A stretch of DNA of 63,584 nt, counting the filler, from Olpidium bornovanus S191 (Eukaryota; Fungi; Olpidiomycota), in the NCBI GenBank assembly GCA_017911155.1. It is 30 parts of 30 records of this genome, joined end to end, with 100 filler letters (N's around TTAATTAATTAA, not from the genome) between each part and the next. Parts side by side here need not be neighbours in the genome. Positions count along the whole stretch, not along the records: positions 32,824 to 33,994 come from JAEFCI010006756.1; positions 34,095 to 37,187 come from JAEFCI010003832.1; positions 37,288 to 38,305 come from JAEFCI010004411.1; positions 38,406 to 39,589 come from JAEFCI010012796.1; positions 39,690 to 41,321 come from JAEFCI010012942.1; positions 41,422 to 43,431 come from JAEFCI010000281.1; positions 43,532 to 47,172 come from JAEFCI010008176.1; 23 more parts are not named here. The stretch is one strand, 5' to 3'. The position numbers and the translations under genes are program-made. Positions 33,120 through 45,899 of this stretch are shown here, in pieces (the first letter of the stretch is position 1; every line of letters begins with the position of its first letter). The notes below the pieces were generated by a model, which was not told the DNA's origin, searched no databases, and worked only from the letters and a program-made list of their open reading frames with translations.

Positions 33120-33818
33120 TCACTGCATGCTGAGAAGCCGGCCGAAAATGAGCTGTTTCTTCGGCCCGTTTTCCGGCTTGGGCGAAGAAGGCGACTTGTT
33201 CGCCGAGGCCGGGCGCGCCTTCCTCCGAAGCTTGTTCGCCTTTTGCCCGCTTCCCGACGACGACGCGGGGGAGCAGCACCCGCTGGCGTTCGCCGCGCTT
33301 CGCGCCCCGCCGTCGCCGGCGACGCCGCGGTCGAGCGCGATCCCGCCGCCCGGAGCCGCCGACGACGACAGCGCCGGGGACGACGCGGACGAGTCGTCGA
33401 GGCCGGCTGCAGACGTGGAGGCGAGAGCCGTGCCCTGACGCCTACAGGCCACGGCTCCCGCCGACGGCGTGCAATGCTTGTGGCAAATGAGAGCGCACGC
33501 TGGTTTTTTTATTTTTTTATTTTTTTTATTTTTTTATTTTTTTATTTTTTTTTATTTTTTTATTTTTTTTATTTTTTTTATTTTTTTTTTTTATTTTTTA
33601 TTTTTTCCCGGGAACGTCAAACAGGAGGAGGAGGGAAAGGGCAAGGTCGGGGGCCCCGTCGGCGGCGTTAACATCCGGGACCCGCGCGACAGGGCGTTCC
33701 CGGCACGTTTGTTCGTACCTTCGCAGATCATTGTTTTCTTCTTGCACGGCACGCAGCAGACCCTGCAGACGACGTTCTTGGAGAACACCGTTGTAATAAA
33801 CGAGTGCTTTTCATTTTG
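33120..33818 (-). CDS. C1 (phorbol ester/DAG-binding) zinc finger-containing protein, internal fragment
   Basis: Exon 33818-33719 spliced in phase 1 to an exon starting at 33499 gives HSFITTVFSKNVVCRVCCVPCKKKTMICEACALICHKHCTPSAGAVAC, a complete H-C-C...C-C-H-C-C C1 pattern. Confidence 0.85.
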
Positions 33819-33890
33819 CTGGCGCCAGCAAAAACAAAAAAAAAAAAAAAAAAAAAAAAAGGGCCTCCCTTTCTTCCCAAAACCCCCCCC

Positions 33891-33943
<53 letters not shown>

Positions 33944-34199
33944 TCCCCGCCCCGCCCACACACTTCCCCGTCGACGTCGTCCGCCGGATCCGGANNNNNN
34001 NNNNNNNNNNNNNNNNNNNNNNNNNNNNNNNNNNNNNNTTAATTAATTAANNNNNNNNNNNNNNNNNNNNNNNNNNNNNNNNNNNNNNNNNNNNCATGAT
34101 GCCGATACAGCCACTGTTGATAGTGGGCAGCTATAGGTATGTTGTTATGGTTGTTCCTATGCCAAATGATGTCAGCTAGCGCGGGATCCAGCCTACATA

Positions 34200-34420
34200 A
34201 AACAAGCACGCGTCGCCGGCATATGTGCCTCAGTATATTTTTTTGTCTTGTTTGCACAAGCGACTACAATGTGACCGAGCTGCTTCCAGCAAAAGCAGAC
34301 TCCCTTTGCTCGCAGCTCGGCTTTTTCGTCCTTCTTCAATGTGATGCCTGCCATGTCAACCTTCTGGTTTGCCTTGTGATTTTGCGAAGCTGAATTCGAT
34401 GCGATATTGATTTCAGCCCG
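34200..34420 (-). mobile_element. Ty3/gypsy gag zinc-knuckle remnant
   Basis: VDMAGITLKKDEKAELRAKGVCFCWKQLGHIVVAC resembles the chromovirus-type E...R...GLCFYC...GH....C, with a degenerate second Cys and downstream stops. Confidence 0.6.
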
Positions 34421-35221
34421 AAAGGTCCAATAGTTACGGCTGATACTCCAATACCTGGATCCAGAAGTAACTATGGACCCAACAACCTGTGGACTATAAA
34501 CTGCGAGGCAGATAATTTGACCGCGCACCAGCATTTAATACATCATGTGCTTCTTACAAGTATCGATCCATACAGTAAAACAATGAATAAAGCAAAATAC
34601 CTACATAAAGACAAGGAAAAGAAATAAGGCAATGATGGCTATACGAACATGAGAAGCATGCATATAGGCGAACAGTTTGACTTCCCCTTTCATGGCCAAA
34701 CGAGGAAGCCAAGAGCTCAGAAAAAGTCGAGCTCGATTGAAGACGGATGCCAAATGAGCCACTTTTTGTAGCAGGTAATGAAGAAGCGTTACGGAGAGAA
34801 AATATGGGCAAACAGAAGCAAGCAGCTTGTGAAGGATTGACACGCTTCGGGCGGGGCCCGTTGAGCGATATCAATCGCGGGAATCGACCCCTGGTACGGA
34901 CGTGCGGCCGATCCTCAAAGGAGGAGAGGGGGGGATGCCGACTTGCTTATGGCGGTATTAAACTTCTGCTCGGTAACGGAAAATGCGGCTTGCCCAAAAG
35001 ACCGGATGCAATGGCTTGCAGGTGCATTTTAGCGGGCAACGGCCATCAAGCCGCCCCAATTCGACGCCAAGGCATGGGCAGCTTTCGAGACAACGGCGCT
35101 CAAAACTGTCTCGCATCTGCCGTCGCTGGAACCGACGGTGCCGGCGAAACTGGGGTCGAGGGACTTGCGGGAAGCCAATTGGGAGAGGAGGGGGAGAAAG
35201 GGGTTTCCCACTTGGCACACG

Positions 35222-36600
35222 TTAACTGCCGCTTCGCGCGGCAATTTGGTGCCACGTTGCTCCCGCTCGTCCCTCCGGAGGCGGTGACGCAGCCCCCTGA
35301 CTCCGACTGGCCTGCTGCGAGCCTCGTCGACCTTGTTCCTCCTCGTCGTCGTCCTCTTCCTCTTGCTCCTTCCAGACCACTTTGCCCATGCTCAGCGTGC
35401 TCGTTGATTCGAGCGCCCGCTGGGCCTGCACGACGAGCGCCTCGGTGACAGCGCACATCCGCTCGATCAAACGGACATCGCGGCGACAGCGTGACCCGAC
35501 CGAGGAGGACGACGAGGAAGACGCGTCGGAGGAGCAGTCCCCTTCACGTTCCTCTGCTGTCCGGCCCTCGCGGTCAGCTCCGCTCGCGTCCCATCCCCCC
35601 GGCTCGTTTCGCCGCCTCCCGCGTCGCCGCCGGCGCGGGTGGCCCCCCTCAAAAGCGACGGACGCGTCGTCGCTGTGCCGGTCATCGAAATCGATTCCCG
35701 CGTTTCGGAGCAACTTCTCCAACTCGGCGATCCGCGACGTTTGCCGCCTTGTCCTGCGTTCCAGCTGAGAGTTGATGGCGGCAAGAGCCTTGTTCGTGAT
35801 CTTTAGATCCTCAATCTGCCGTAGACAGTTCGGGCGGCGAATTGTCAAAGAGCGAGACATTGGCGACATTCGCAGTCTGCACAGGCCACGTTTCACCTGT
35901 TAAAACCGACCTTCCTGTCCGTCCTTGCTTCGGCTTTCTGCGCCGCGGCGGCGCCGCGTCCGTCGATTCGTGCGCACAACGAGCACGGCAGTTCGTTCCG
36001 CGGAGCAGGATCCGTCGCAGGCGCCGTCCACAACAGCGAATCCTGATTCTTTCTGCCGGCAGCGAGCGATCGGCAAAACCCCGATTGGGAAGGCGGGCCC
36101 GAAGTCGCCGCGGACACGTCCGAGGCGGAGCTGGCCATCGAAGCAGGCGACGTCGGCCGGGCGAGCAGCGCCCGCGCCAGCCGGCAGCTCGCCGCGGGAG
36201 AGGAAGGCAGCGGGGCCCGGACGACAACGCGGGCGTCGCCCGGCCTTACCCTCGGCGTCGACCGCGCAGCCTTCTGGGGACCGCAGGGCGCAACTTGCTG
36301 CGCGCCCGGCACCCGCGGCGACGGCGGCGGCGCTTCTTGCCTGTGCGAAACCGAGGGCGCAGTCCGAGAGTTCAGAGCTGCCGCTTTCGCGTCCTTGCGG
36401 ACGAACACCCGGCCGCCGTCTTGGACTCCGGAAGGCAGCGAAGTCAGCCGCCGCGCCGGAGCATTCGCGAGGACACGGATCTCGGCCGCCAGGCATCCCG
36501 GCGCGTTACCCGCCGCCGTCGCGGAGGCGAGGGCTTCGCCGTGGGAACTCGAGCCGGAGCGCCAACGCTGGTCACGGCGGCCCCGCGCAGGTGACGGCGA
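35222..36600 (-). CDS. Conserved fungal coiled-coil hypothetical protein, partial
   Basis: Splicing gives KAEARTDRK/IEDLKITNKALAAINSQLERR, followed by MCAVTEALVVQAQRAL...GKVV. This matches a recurrent fungal motif EAK..RKI.DLEI.N.SLLAIN..LE. The 5' boundary is uncertain. Confidence 0.6.
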
Positions 36601-37739
36601 CCGGATCGACCGTTTTCCTTCCAACATGTATCTGTGACCGTTATTGCGGCCGACTTTTTTTTTTTTTTTTTTGGCTTCCGTGTTCCGTGTCGCCCGTGGT
36701 TCGGCGTCCCTGTCCGTCAGCTCTGCTCCCGGCGGTTCCCACCACGTTCCTGTCGCCGTTCGCGCGAGAGCACCGACAGGCTTCCTGCAAATCGCTCGCC
36801 GAGCTCTCGCGCGACGACGGAAATAGCGGAATTGGTCGGATGGGCGGAGCGACACTTGCCCGTCGGTTGTCCCCAAAGCTTATTACAAGTTGATTTTTCG
36901 GCAACAGTCCCCCCCCGTCCGGTGTCGAGAAGCTGCCTGCCAGAACGAAAGCCGCTCCACGCCGCCCGAAGTTTCAATGGCGAGTCCGCCTCCCACAAAA
37001 TCAATTACGTTTACGCAGCTGGCGAGTCTATTATCTAGCATCCTGAGAAAGGAGCACTATGCGGGTCATGACTTCCTACGACCGGCAACCGCCTGTTGCA
37101 AAAGCACTTCCTTATTGTCCATTTTGCCGGGCACGCCTCCGGCCGGAAGGAGCTCTCCAGGAGCTATCACTTCTATCGGGGTTACCANNNNNNNNNNNNN
37201 NNNNNNNNNNNNNNNNNNNNNNNNNNNNNNNTTAATTAATTAANNNNNNNNNNNNNNNNNNNNNNNNNNNNNNNNNNNNNNNNNNNNGGGCGCGCGCGGG
37301 GGGGGGGGGGGGGGGGTGTTCCCCCCCCCCCCCCCCCCCGGGCGCGCGCGCCTGTTGCAAAAAGGGCGCGAGCGGCCTCCTGCCCTCCTCGGTGGAGCGT
37401 TCGGCCAGACTAAACGAGTGCCACGTGACCTTTCCCCCCTCCTCCAAGCCGACGTCTAGGGGAGACTCTTGGGCGCCGGCGCCAGATTGCGGGGCGCGCC
37501 GCGGTCTGATCGCGTAGATGTCAAGATCCTCTTGTATCATAGTCTCATACCTCCCTCCGTGTCTCCCGGACTCGGCGCCCGATGCGGCTCGGTGGAGGCC
37601 GCTGTTGGCGCGCCTTTGTGTGACCGGCAGCGATTTCGGCCGTCCGCGGCCGATCTTCCCCGCGTCGGAAGGTTTTCCCCGCATCGATCACGGGCGAATT
37701 TATGACAGGCCCAGGCAACATCCGGTTTCGTCAGGGCAT

Positions 37740-38305
37740 CCTGCGCTTCAGATATGCGTTAGCCGGCCGTCTCCTCGCCAAATGCCACCGGGTGCAGCTC
37801 CCTTTCCTCTTGGCACGGGACGGGACCTGTACCCGACCCTGGTCAGATGCATCAGTCTGCACGGCGAATTAAAGTCTTCCTAAGGAAAGTCAGGAAAGAT
37901 TCCCGCCCCAGCGGCGTCACCAAGATGTCATTACAGAGGCCGAAAGCAGCCTGACATTCCAGAACCAAACCTCTGCGGCCTTTGATAATCTCGTAGCCCA
38001 CCGCGGAATAAATTCTTGACGACCGGCCTGCGATGCCGTGTCACACGCTGAATGAAGTTCCCGACTCCGAACACGTTTCCGAGTGTCTGAGATTCAGAGC
38101 CTAAAGGCGGACTCTGACGCCCCCTCCCTGAGAAAAGCAACGGACTCGGCTTCTAACCCGGCTGCTTCTTTTTTCTCAAGGGCTTTTGGTAAAAGTTGCT
38201 GGGTTGCCGTCGAAGAAGAGAAAATTGTGGCAAAAGGGACACGCATTTCCGGACTGGTTGTCTGTACAACTAGTTTGGTTCTGCCAAACCATAACAGATA
38301 CATGA
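37740..38305 (-). mobile_element. Degenerate Ty3/gypsy RT-RNase H remnant
   Basis: VQTDASDQG (37842-37861) and, after a frameshift, QEERELHPVAF. Upstream FGVGNFIQR weakly recalls FLGL.NYYRRF. Confidence 0.55.
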
Positions 38306-38431
38306 NNNNNNNNNNNNNNNNNNNNNNNNNNNNNNNNNNNNNNNNNNNNTTAATTAATTAANNNNNNNNNNNNNNNNNNNNNNNNNNNNNNNNNNNNNNN
38401 NNNNNCCCCCACCGACGCGACCAAACGCCGC

Positions 38432-38489
<58 letters not shown>

Positions 38490-39689
38490 CCCCCCCCCCC
38501 CCCCCCCCCCCCCCCCTCCCCCCCCCCCCCCCCCCCCCCCAAGCCCCCCCCAAAAAAAACCGTCGAAACCGCGGACAAGTCTTAGCGAAAACGTCGCGGG
38601 AGAAAAATTCGGGGTGGAAAAAAAAATTCCCGGCGGGGGGGCACAAGCAACATCGAACGGACGATTTGGTCCTCGCGTTTCGTGCGTTTTCCTCGGCGGC
38701 GGCAGGGGAAAGGGGGGAGGGGAGGGGGGCGGGGGGATAGTCGCGCCCGGGCGACGTGGACGACGCCGTGTGCGGGCTGCAGCCGTTTTTTTTTTTTTTT
38801 TGTTTCAAGGATTTTTGCGTCTTCTTGCAACCAACAACCCCGGCGAAAAGTCGGGAAGCCCGGATCACCTGTGTCACCTCTCTCTCGCACCCGGACAGTC
38901 GTTTGGCGTCATCCGCGTTGTGACTTTACCCGGGCGGCGGGCAAGGGGGGGGGGGAACTTGTCGAGAATAAAGGGGGAGGCTGAGCAGCACGAGCACTGC
39001 GCACACCAAAAGCCCCTGCTACCCCTTTGTAGAGTTTCTAGCTTCCCGCCATATAAGACAGGCCTGGAGTAGATAGCGGTGTCACGCCCTGAATACAATC
39101 TTCTTCTTCTCCTTCGGCTTCGGGTTCGGTCTACGGCTTCCGGAATCAACAGGTTATGAGCCCAAACCGCCAACTCTTCCCTGTCCGACAAACAACGGAA
39201 AGGACCGGAAGTCGCGTAAACGGCGACCATGGAGAAGAAGAAGCCCGCCAAGGCGACGGAGACCCTTTTGGAGGGAACTACCGTGAAGCCGCCATGCCAG
39301 GCGGACTACGAACGCCTGCGGAGAAAAGGGGGTGCTCCAGAGCCCCGACTACCTCCATTTGCGGCGCCACAACGGCACGCAGCCACTCACGAGAATCCGT
39401 ACTCTCACGGCTCTCGACTCTTTCCGGGTCCTCCCAACATGTCGTAAACTCCATTTTGCTCCACAAAGAAAGGAGAGAGCGCCAGCGAGAACGCTACCAT
39501 GACGACGTGGAGGCGAGGATGACTGCCCTCCAAAAGGAACTGGAAGCGTTAAGGGCTGAAAAAGCAGCCATGGCCAAACAAGTTCAAGANNNNNNNNNNN
39601 NNNNNNNNNNNNNNNNNNNNNNNNNNNNNNNNNTTAATTAATTAANNNNNNNNNNNNNNNNNNNNNNNNNNNNNNNNNNNNNNNNNNNN

Positions 39690-40235
39690 ACCAAACGTGC
39701 TTAGATGCTCGGAGAATACGCTTTTCAAAACAGTCTTCCTGCAGTCCTCGCAGGTGACGACAAAAAGATTGTCTGTCATCGGCCTGTCTCCAAAGATATG
39801 CATATGTAATCGACATTCGACACAGGGTCATGGATGTCATTTTGGACGATTGCAATGAAAGACTGCGAAAAAACCGCGGCAAGACTTCAAAAGTAGTCAA
39901 AAAGGATATCTGCCGCATCCAGCGTTCGGACCACCTGAGCTGAAAGCGAGCCTTGTTTGGAGCTGTTTTCATGCCGTCGTTTGGCGAGTTCATCTTTGAA
40001 ATGCGAATACGGATGAAATCGATGTGAGCCGTGCGGGTGAAAAGGATGGGGGGAGATGACTCCGGACTAACGACTGACCCTCTCGATCGCACAATGTCTC
40101 AAGCTTGTCCCAAGTCAGCCGTGCCCAATCGGCGGTATTCGCAGATCTGTCTGCGTTGGGAACCTCCGCAACGCGCCAGTCATCCATCTTCGAGAATTTA
40201 GACAGATCTTCTGGGGTAATTCCTCCGTTCATCAA
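39690..40235 (-). CDS. SGF73: SAGA deubiquitination module subunit Sgf73/ataxin-7-like, N-terminal zinc finger, truncated
   Basis: MHIFGDRPMTDNLFVVTCEDCRKTVLKSVFSEHL (39803-39690) parallels ataxin-7 MPIFGFCP..DDFYLVVC..C..VVKPQAF..H. The upstream exon is tentative. Confidence 0.72.
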
Positions 40236-41516
40236 AAGTCCAGATTTTGTAAACAGCGAAAAGGCTATCTTCCCGAGCTCTGAAAGGCGAGAACGGTACG
40301 GGCAAAAAAAAATATCTAAGTTAAGTATCGGTGCTCCGAGGTTGATTTGGACGGTCGGCGGAAGTCACTGCAGAGTATAACCTTTTTGAGCCTCCTGTAG
40401 CTCGGCTTTCGCTTTGGCCAGCCGGGGGTTCTCAGCCGGGTGAGAACCTGAATGTTTGCGATAATACGTTCGATGAGTATCCGCGTTGCCACAACTTAGC
40501 CTTCGTTTGCCGCCCGTCTTTTCGCTCCCAAGCGAACCCGCAGCAGCTTGTTCATCGTGAAGAGGCTGGGATAACTTCTCCATGGCGGGTGCAGCGTATC
40601 GAGTGCGCAGCAAGGAGCGCTCTGCGGAACAGGAAGGCGGGATCGAAAGCTGATCGAGCGGTAACACCGGGCGGGGGGGTGAGGTTCGGGGAGCAGGAGG
40701 ACGGGACGGACACGGTGAGCGCAGCCTGTTTGACCCGCGAGCACCGGTGACGTTTGATCCCGCACCAGGAGGCGGAGCCCCCCCCCCGGCCCTGCCCCGC
40801 GGGCCGCTCACCCAGACGCCCGTCGGAATCACCTCGCTGGTGCGCCTTCGGGTTGGTCGTGAGACCCTTGTTCTGACCCGGCGGACGGCAGCCTGCGGCG
40901 GCACCTGGGCGTGTTTCGTGACAGTGTGTTTGTGCGGTGGGCCGCGGCGACCAGACCGCCCTTAAGCGGAAAAATCAATTAATCAAAAATATGTCCGCCC
41001 GACAGGCAAGGTTTGACGTCGTCCGCGCAGACACCCAAACGCGCCCGGGAGCGGCGGAAAAAAAAAACGACCGCCTCTGTCGCGTTGCGCACTGCAGTCT
41101 CCCGCCAGTGGGCGGTCGCCGCGCGCCGCTGCTTGGCCGGCGTTAGACGCAGGCGTGCTGATGTCCTTTACCTCTGGCCGCAACCGGAGGAGGGCCCCAG
41201 CCCTCGAACCGTAGTGCCGTAGGCAGCAACGGAAACACCAAAGCAGAAAGTGGCCTTCGCGCGTAGAAGCGATGAGAAGCGCGCTAGACAAACCGCCGTC
41301 ATAGATGGTGCCGCGCACGGANNNNNNNNNNNNNNNNNNNNNNNNNNNNNNNNNNNNNNNNNNNNTTAATTAATTAANNNNNNNNNNNNNNNNNNNNNNN
41401 NNNNNNNNNNNNNNNNNNNNNCATGTGCATTCTGTCGGTCTGACTATGCGGGATGTCCTGGGTATGAAAATAATTGTAGCCGTGGTTTTTTTTTATTTTT
41501 GTCTTTTTTCCATTCA

Positions 41517-42955
41517 GGACCGAGAATTTTCCAAGCCGCCGCCAATGGACTTTGCCGTTCAGTATGCATTCCACTTGTTTATTTTCACGGTCGCGTTCTT
41601 GTTTGCTCCGCTGGTGCCGTTGATTTCCGTCGCGGGCCTCGTGTACTTTGTCGTTACATACCACGGTGAGTACTCACGAGTTTCCGCTGCGGGTCGCAGC
41701 TACCGATCCATTCTCTAATGATGTTGTCGCGTACCGCAGTCTACAAGTATCAGTGTCTCTACGTGTTCGACACCAAGATTGAGACGGGCGGGCGCATGTG
41801 GCCACTGGTGGTTGAACGGATATTCGCGTCGCAGGTCATTGCGCAGCTTGCGATGGCCGCCGTATTGTGGGCTCGCGGCGGGAAGATGCAGAGGTACACC
41901 ATGCTGCCACTCGTGCTGATAACTGTAGCCTTGCACTACTATACGGTCCGCTACATAAAACCGAGGTAGGTAGTCTGTCCAACAGTCGTGAACGTTTTTA
42001 TGGACAAACAACTATCTCTTACGATCCGCTGCTCTCGACCAGGACGAAGTTGGTCGCGGCGGTGTACCCGGCTGGCGTATTCAAAATAAGTGGAACACCG
42101 GCTACGAGAAGGCGTGGCGCAGGCGCCGTCATCCCGCCAGAAGATTTCGAGTATTACGACGACTCGGAAGCGTTCGAGCGTGCCAGCCTCGCCGACCGGT
42201 TCATGCTTCCCGCCCTCGCACGACCGCTAATAACTCCTCAAGTGCACAAGGCGGCCCGGCACCTCCTCCCGCAAGTGTATGGCGGCAGGCTGGATGCTCG
42301 GTCGGATTCGGCTGACGCTCCACGGAAGCCCATGCCGAAGTTCATGGACAATTCGGACGCGGATTCGGTTTACAGCTTCGACAGCAGCGCGCCGTTCGCC
42401 CATCCCCCACGGACGGGCGGTCCGCGCAGCAGGCTGTCGATGGCCGCGGCGGAGCACATTGGGAGAGAGCTGTCGGAGTACTACCAGGCGTATAACCATT
42501 CGCACGAAGACGCCATCAGTGAGGTCGGCGAGGAAAGCCGCGTGGGCGCATGGGACGAGTACACGGGCGCGGGTCCCTTGCCTGTTGCGGTGCCCCTCGA
42601 TTATTCGCGCGTTGGCCAGATGTTCGCCAAGCAATCGGTCGTCGGCAGCTACGCTGGCACGGACGAGTACGACAACTACCCTTCCGAATACATCGCAGCT
42701 AACAACGGCGCCTACGGCGGACCGCCATGGCACGAACCGCCGCAGCAATACCACGACGGATATTCCTCGTCCGGACGAGCACACCTGCAACAGTGGGATT
42801 CGGTTGAGATGCGTAGTTTGCCCGACCGTTCAAATATGTACACGACCCGAGAACCACCTTACCCGAGACCTTTCGAGCACCCGGCTTCGCCGAGAATGCC
42901 GTCGAACGTCGCTACACGCTTCAGCTATCGTAGGGATCCGTATGACTCGCCATGA
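41517..42955 (+). CDS. CSC1/OSCA/TMEM63 calcium-permeable stress-gated channel, C-terminal part
   Basis: PPPMDFAVQYAFHLFIFTVAFLFAPLVPLI...YF / VYKYQCLYVFDTKIETGGRMW / ...F..PAL...L.TP.VH...L.QVY.GR; stop at 42955. Confidence 0.9.
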
Positions 42956-43619
42956 AAGCAGCGGCGTATCTCGCCGTACCCTCCGGCTAGGCGGTGCCGT
43001 ATCTCCGCGCCCGCGTCTATGTTTTTCGTAAATGACGGGGTTTGCCATCTCACTGGTCTGCATTGTCGGTGGCCGCCGTCTACATTTATTTTTGTATTTA
43101 TTCCCCATTCTACACTGTACACGTAAGGCGTTAAACGAAGGGACCGTTTTTTTTTGAATTTTTTTTTTTTTTTTTTTTTCCTGAACCCGCGGGGCTCGGG
43201 AGAAGTCGAGGGTGGGGGCGGCTGAAAATCTGTGGGAGCGAGAGGACGATTCGGGGGAGCTCGGCCGGACTTTGCAAGACCGCGCTGCGTGCTCTCCAAG
43301 CAGCGCCGGAACATGCGCGGAATTCCGTTTTGTGGACAAACCCTTGCTCGCGCCTAGCCGCGGCGCGCACTTCTTGCGCAGTGCGGGACCACGGCCGGGG
43401 GGGGGGGGGGGGGGGCCCCAAACCCCCCCGGNNNNNNNNNNNNNNNNNNNNNNNNNNNNNNNNNNNNNNNNNNNNTTAATTAATTAANNNNNNNNNNNNN
43501 NNNNNNNNNNNNNNNNNNNNNNNNNNNNNNNATTGGGCGCCCCCAAAAAAAAAAAAAAAAAAGACCCCCCCCCAAAAAAAAAAAAACCCCCCAAAAAAAA
43601 AAAAAAAGGGGGCCCCCCC

Positions 43620-43649
<30 letters not shown>

Positions 43650-43658
<9 letters not shown>

Positions 43659-44040
43659 TGCCGGGTGCAAAAAAATAGAAAATGCGCCTGTCGCAAAAAA
43701 AAAGATGCGCCGTCGCAAAATAAAGAAGATGCGCCCGTCGCAAAAAAAAAGGAAGATGAGAAAAAGACGCGCCCGTCGCAAGAAAAAAAAAAAAGATGCG
43801 CCCGTCGGGAAAAAAAGAAGATGCGCTCATGGCAACAAAAAGAAGATGCGCCCGTCGCACAAAAAAGAAGATGCCGCCATCCGCCATGCCGCCGTGCCGC
43901 CATGCCGCCGTGCCGCCGTGCCGCGTGCCGCCATGCCGCGCCGCCTGCCGCCGTGCTGCCGTGCCGCCATGCCACCATGCCGCCGTGCCGCCGTGCCGCC
44001 GTGCCGCCATGCCACAATGTCGCCCAGAGGCGGCCAGGCA
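43650..44040. repeat. Composite satellite: ~25-bp AAGATGCGCCCGTCGC+A-tract units, then 8-bp GCCGCCRT units
   Basis: About 9 units at 43650-43870, then GCCGCCGT/GCCGCCAT repeats at 43870-44040. Confidence 0.88.
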
Positions 44041-45899
44041 TGCTGCTGAGCCGCCCGTGCTGGAGGAGGCCCCCGTGCAGGAGGGGGACACTCTGAAAAG
44101 AAAGGAGGCAGGAAGGAACCTGTCAGCTACTGACCGGATTGGTGGCCCCCCACCAACCTTTGCTCACCATGGAACTTGCAGCTGCTTAGCTTCACGTGTT
44201 TCTGCCCCCCCCCCCCCCCAAAGCACCCAGGGCATGGCAGCCTTGGCGCGGCCATGGGTGCATGGCGGTCATAGCGGCCATTGCGGCCATTGCGGCCAAG
44301 TTCTGAGAGCAAACAGAGCGCTCAGCGAGACGTTAACGGACGGGGCATTATAGCGACGCGGCCCCTGGAGTCCGCTCTCATTGTACGTAGACGGTGGTGA
44401 TCTTGAAGGGGCATGTCTTACAATCGAAACCCCGGTGTGCTCGCTCGGCCAGAGCGCAGTGCACAGCGCAAAAGCACCGCTGCTCCCCCGCCAGCCAGGT
44501 GCTTAACCTGCACACGACCTGCCGCTAGCGGGGTGAGTCAAACACGCGTCGAGTGCCCTTTTCTGAATTACGAAGGAAGCGGATCGCTCCGGGGTGATTT
44601 TTAGGGGATAGGTTGGCCGACAGGTGGAGGTTTGGTAGGAAGCTTGCATAATACCGGAAACGGCGAAATGGGAAAAAGATGCGGAGGTAACGAGCAACGG
44701 GCGGGAAAGATGTAAACGACTGTGAAGGAAATCTAGACGTGGGCCCCACACCCAAAATGCCGGGGAAAAAGGTAAGTTCGCGGCGTTACCCGGCCTTTGT
44801 CGGGATCAGAAGACAAACAGCGCCGCGCGACGCGGGCGAAGCGCGCAAAAGTTGGGGCGGGAGCTCTCGCTATGAACCGGCCCACGCCGGGGACAGCGGC
44901 GCGCTCCTCTTTTCCGGCGTCAAGCTCTTCGCGGACGGCCCGGCCATTCCCAAAAAATCCAGCGGGTACTTCGCGGCGCCGCCCGGCGTTCCGGCCCGCA
45001 GCGCGCCGGCGGAGCCGCCCGCAGGAGATTGGTCGTCGGCGATCACCGACGCGCCGGGGACCGTCACCGGGGTCCGGACGGCCTTGCCGACCGTGGTCGG
45101 CGCCCACGCTCCCGACCGCAACCGCGGCGGATGGTCTGCCATTTCTGCGTGCGGCGCGGTTCCGGCCGCGGCCTTCCCGCTCTTTGCATTGGGGCTCCCG
45201 CCGGGTCCGAAATGGCCGGTGATCATTGGCCCGGACAGCGCGTTCCGGTCCTTCCCTTTCCAAACGGTTTCCGCGCACGCCTTGCTGGCGTTTATCGGCG
45301 TGGATGGGATGTTCTGTGACCTGTTGGTAAGCTGGTAGGGCGTTTTCTGAATTGATGGAATGATGTTGCCGTTGTTGAATGTAAGGAAAAAAAAAAAAAA
45401 AAAAAAAAAAAAACCAGAAAAAAACAGCTCTCGTAACGTACCAAGTTCACGTCGTACCCTTGGTTGCCGCCTTTATCTCGGCCAGTTTTGTCCGGGTTAT
45501 AAAGCGTCGCCTTTCCGGAGTAGTTCCGAAGGTCTTCTGCAGCCCGAGGATTGTCCTTGTAGAATTTCGGAGACGACAACACCGGGGCATCGAGTTTCGC
45601 ATAGACGTTCACCTAGTGCGGAAAAGACCGCACTTTAGACGTGACGCCGAATCCGACCTAGCGACCGGTGCATCCGACCTACCCTCTGATACATGCCGGT
45701 GTCCAACGGCCCGCTGGGGACGGCGGGCACCTGTCGAAAGTCGCCCGTAACAAGGGCGCGCGAGAGCGTCTTGAACCGCCGAAGGTATCTGCCGTTGTTG
45801 GCGCCGAACCACCGCGCGCCCGACGACGACGACGACGACGGTGTTACAAAAACTCTCCAGACGAGCGCGAATTTCGGCGCGCATCGCAAAAACCAGGCC

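Noticed and set aside
43650-43870. Repeat-spacer appearance suggesting a CRISPR array
   Set aside because: The spacers are short, near-identical A-runs, the repeats are degenerate, there are no cas genes and the context is eukaryotic.
43476-44096. Poly-K/F/P/G and RHGG-repeat ORFs (also near 15000, 27400, 33500, 48400, 55300, 60200)
   Set aside because: Translations of homopolymers and microsatellites.
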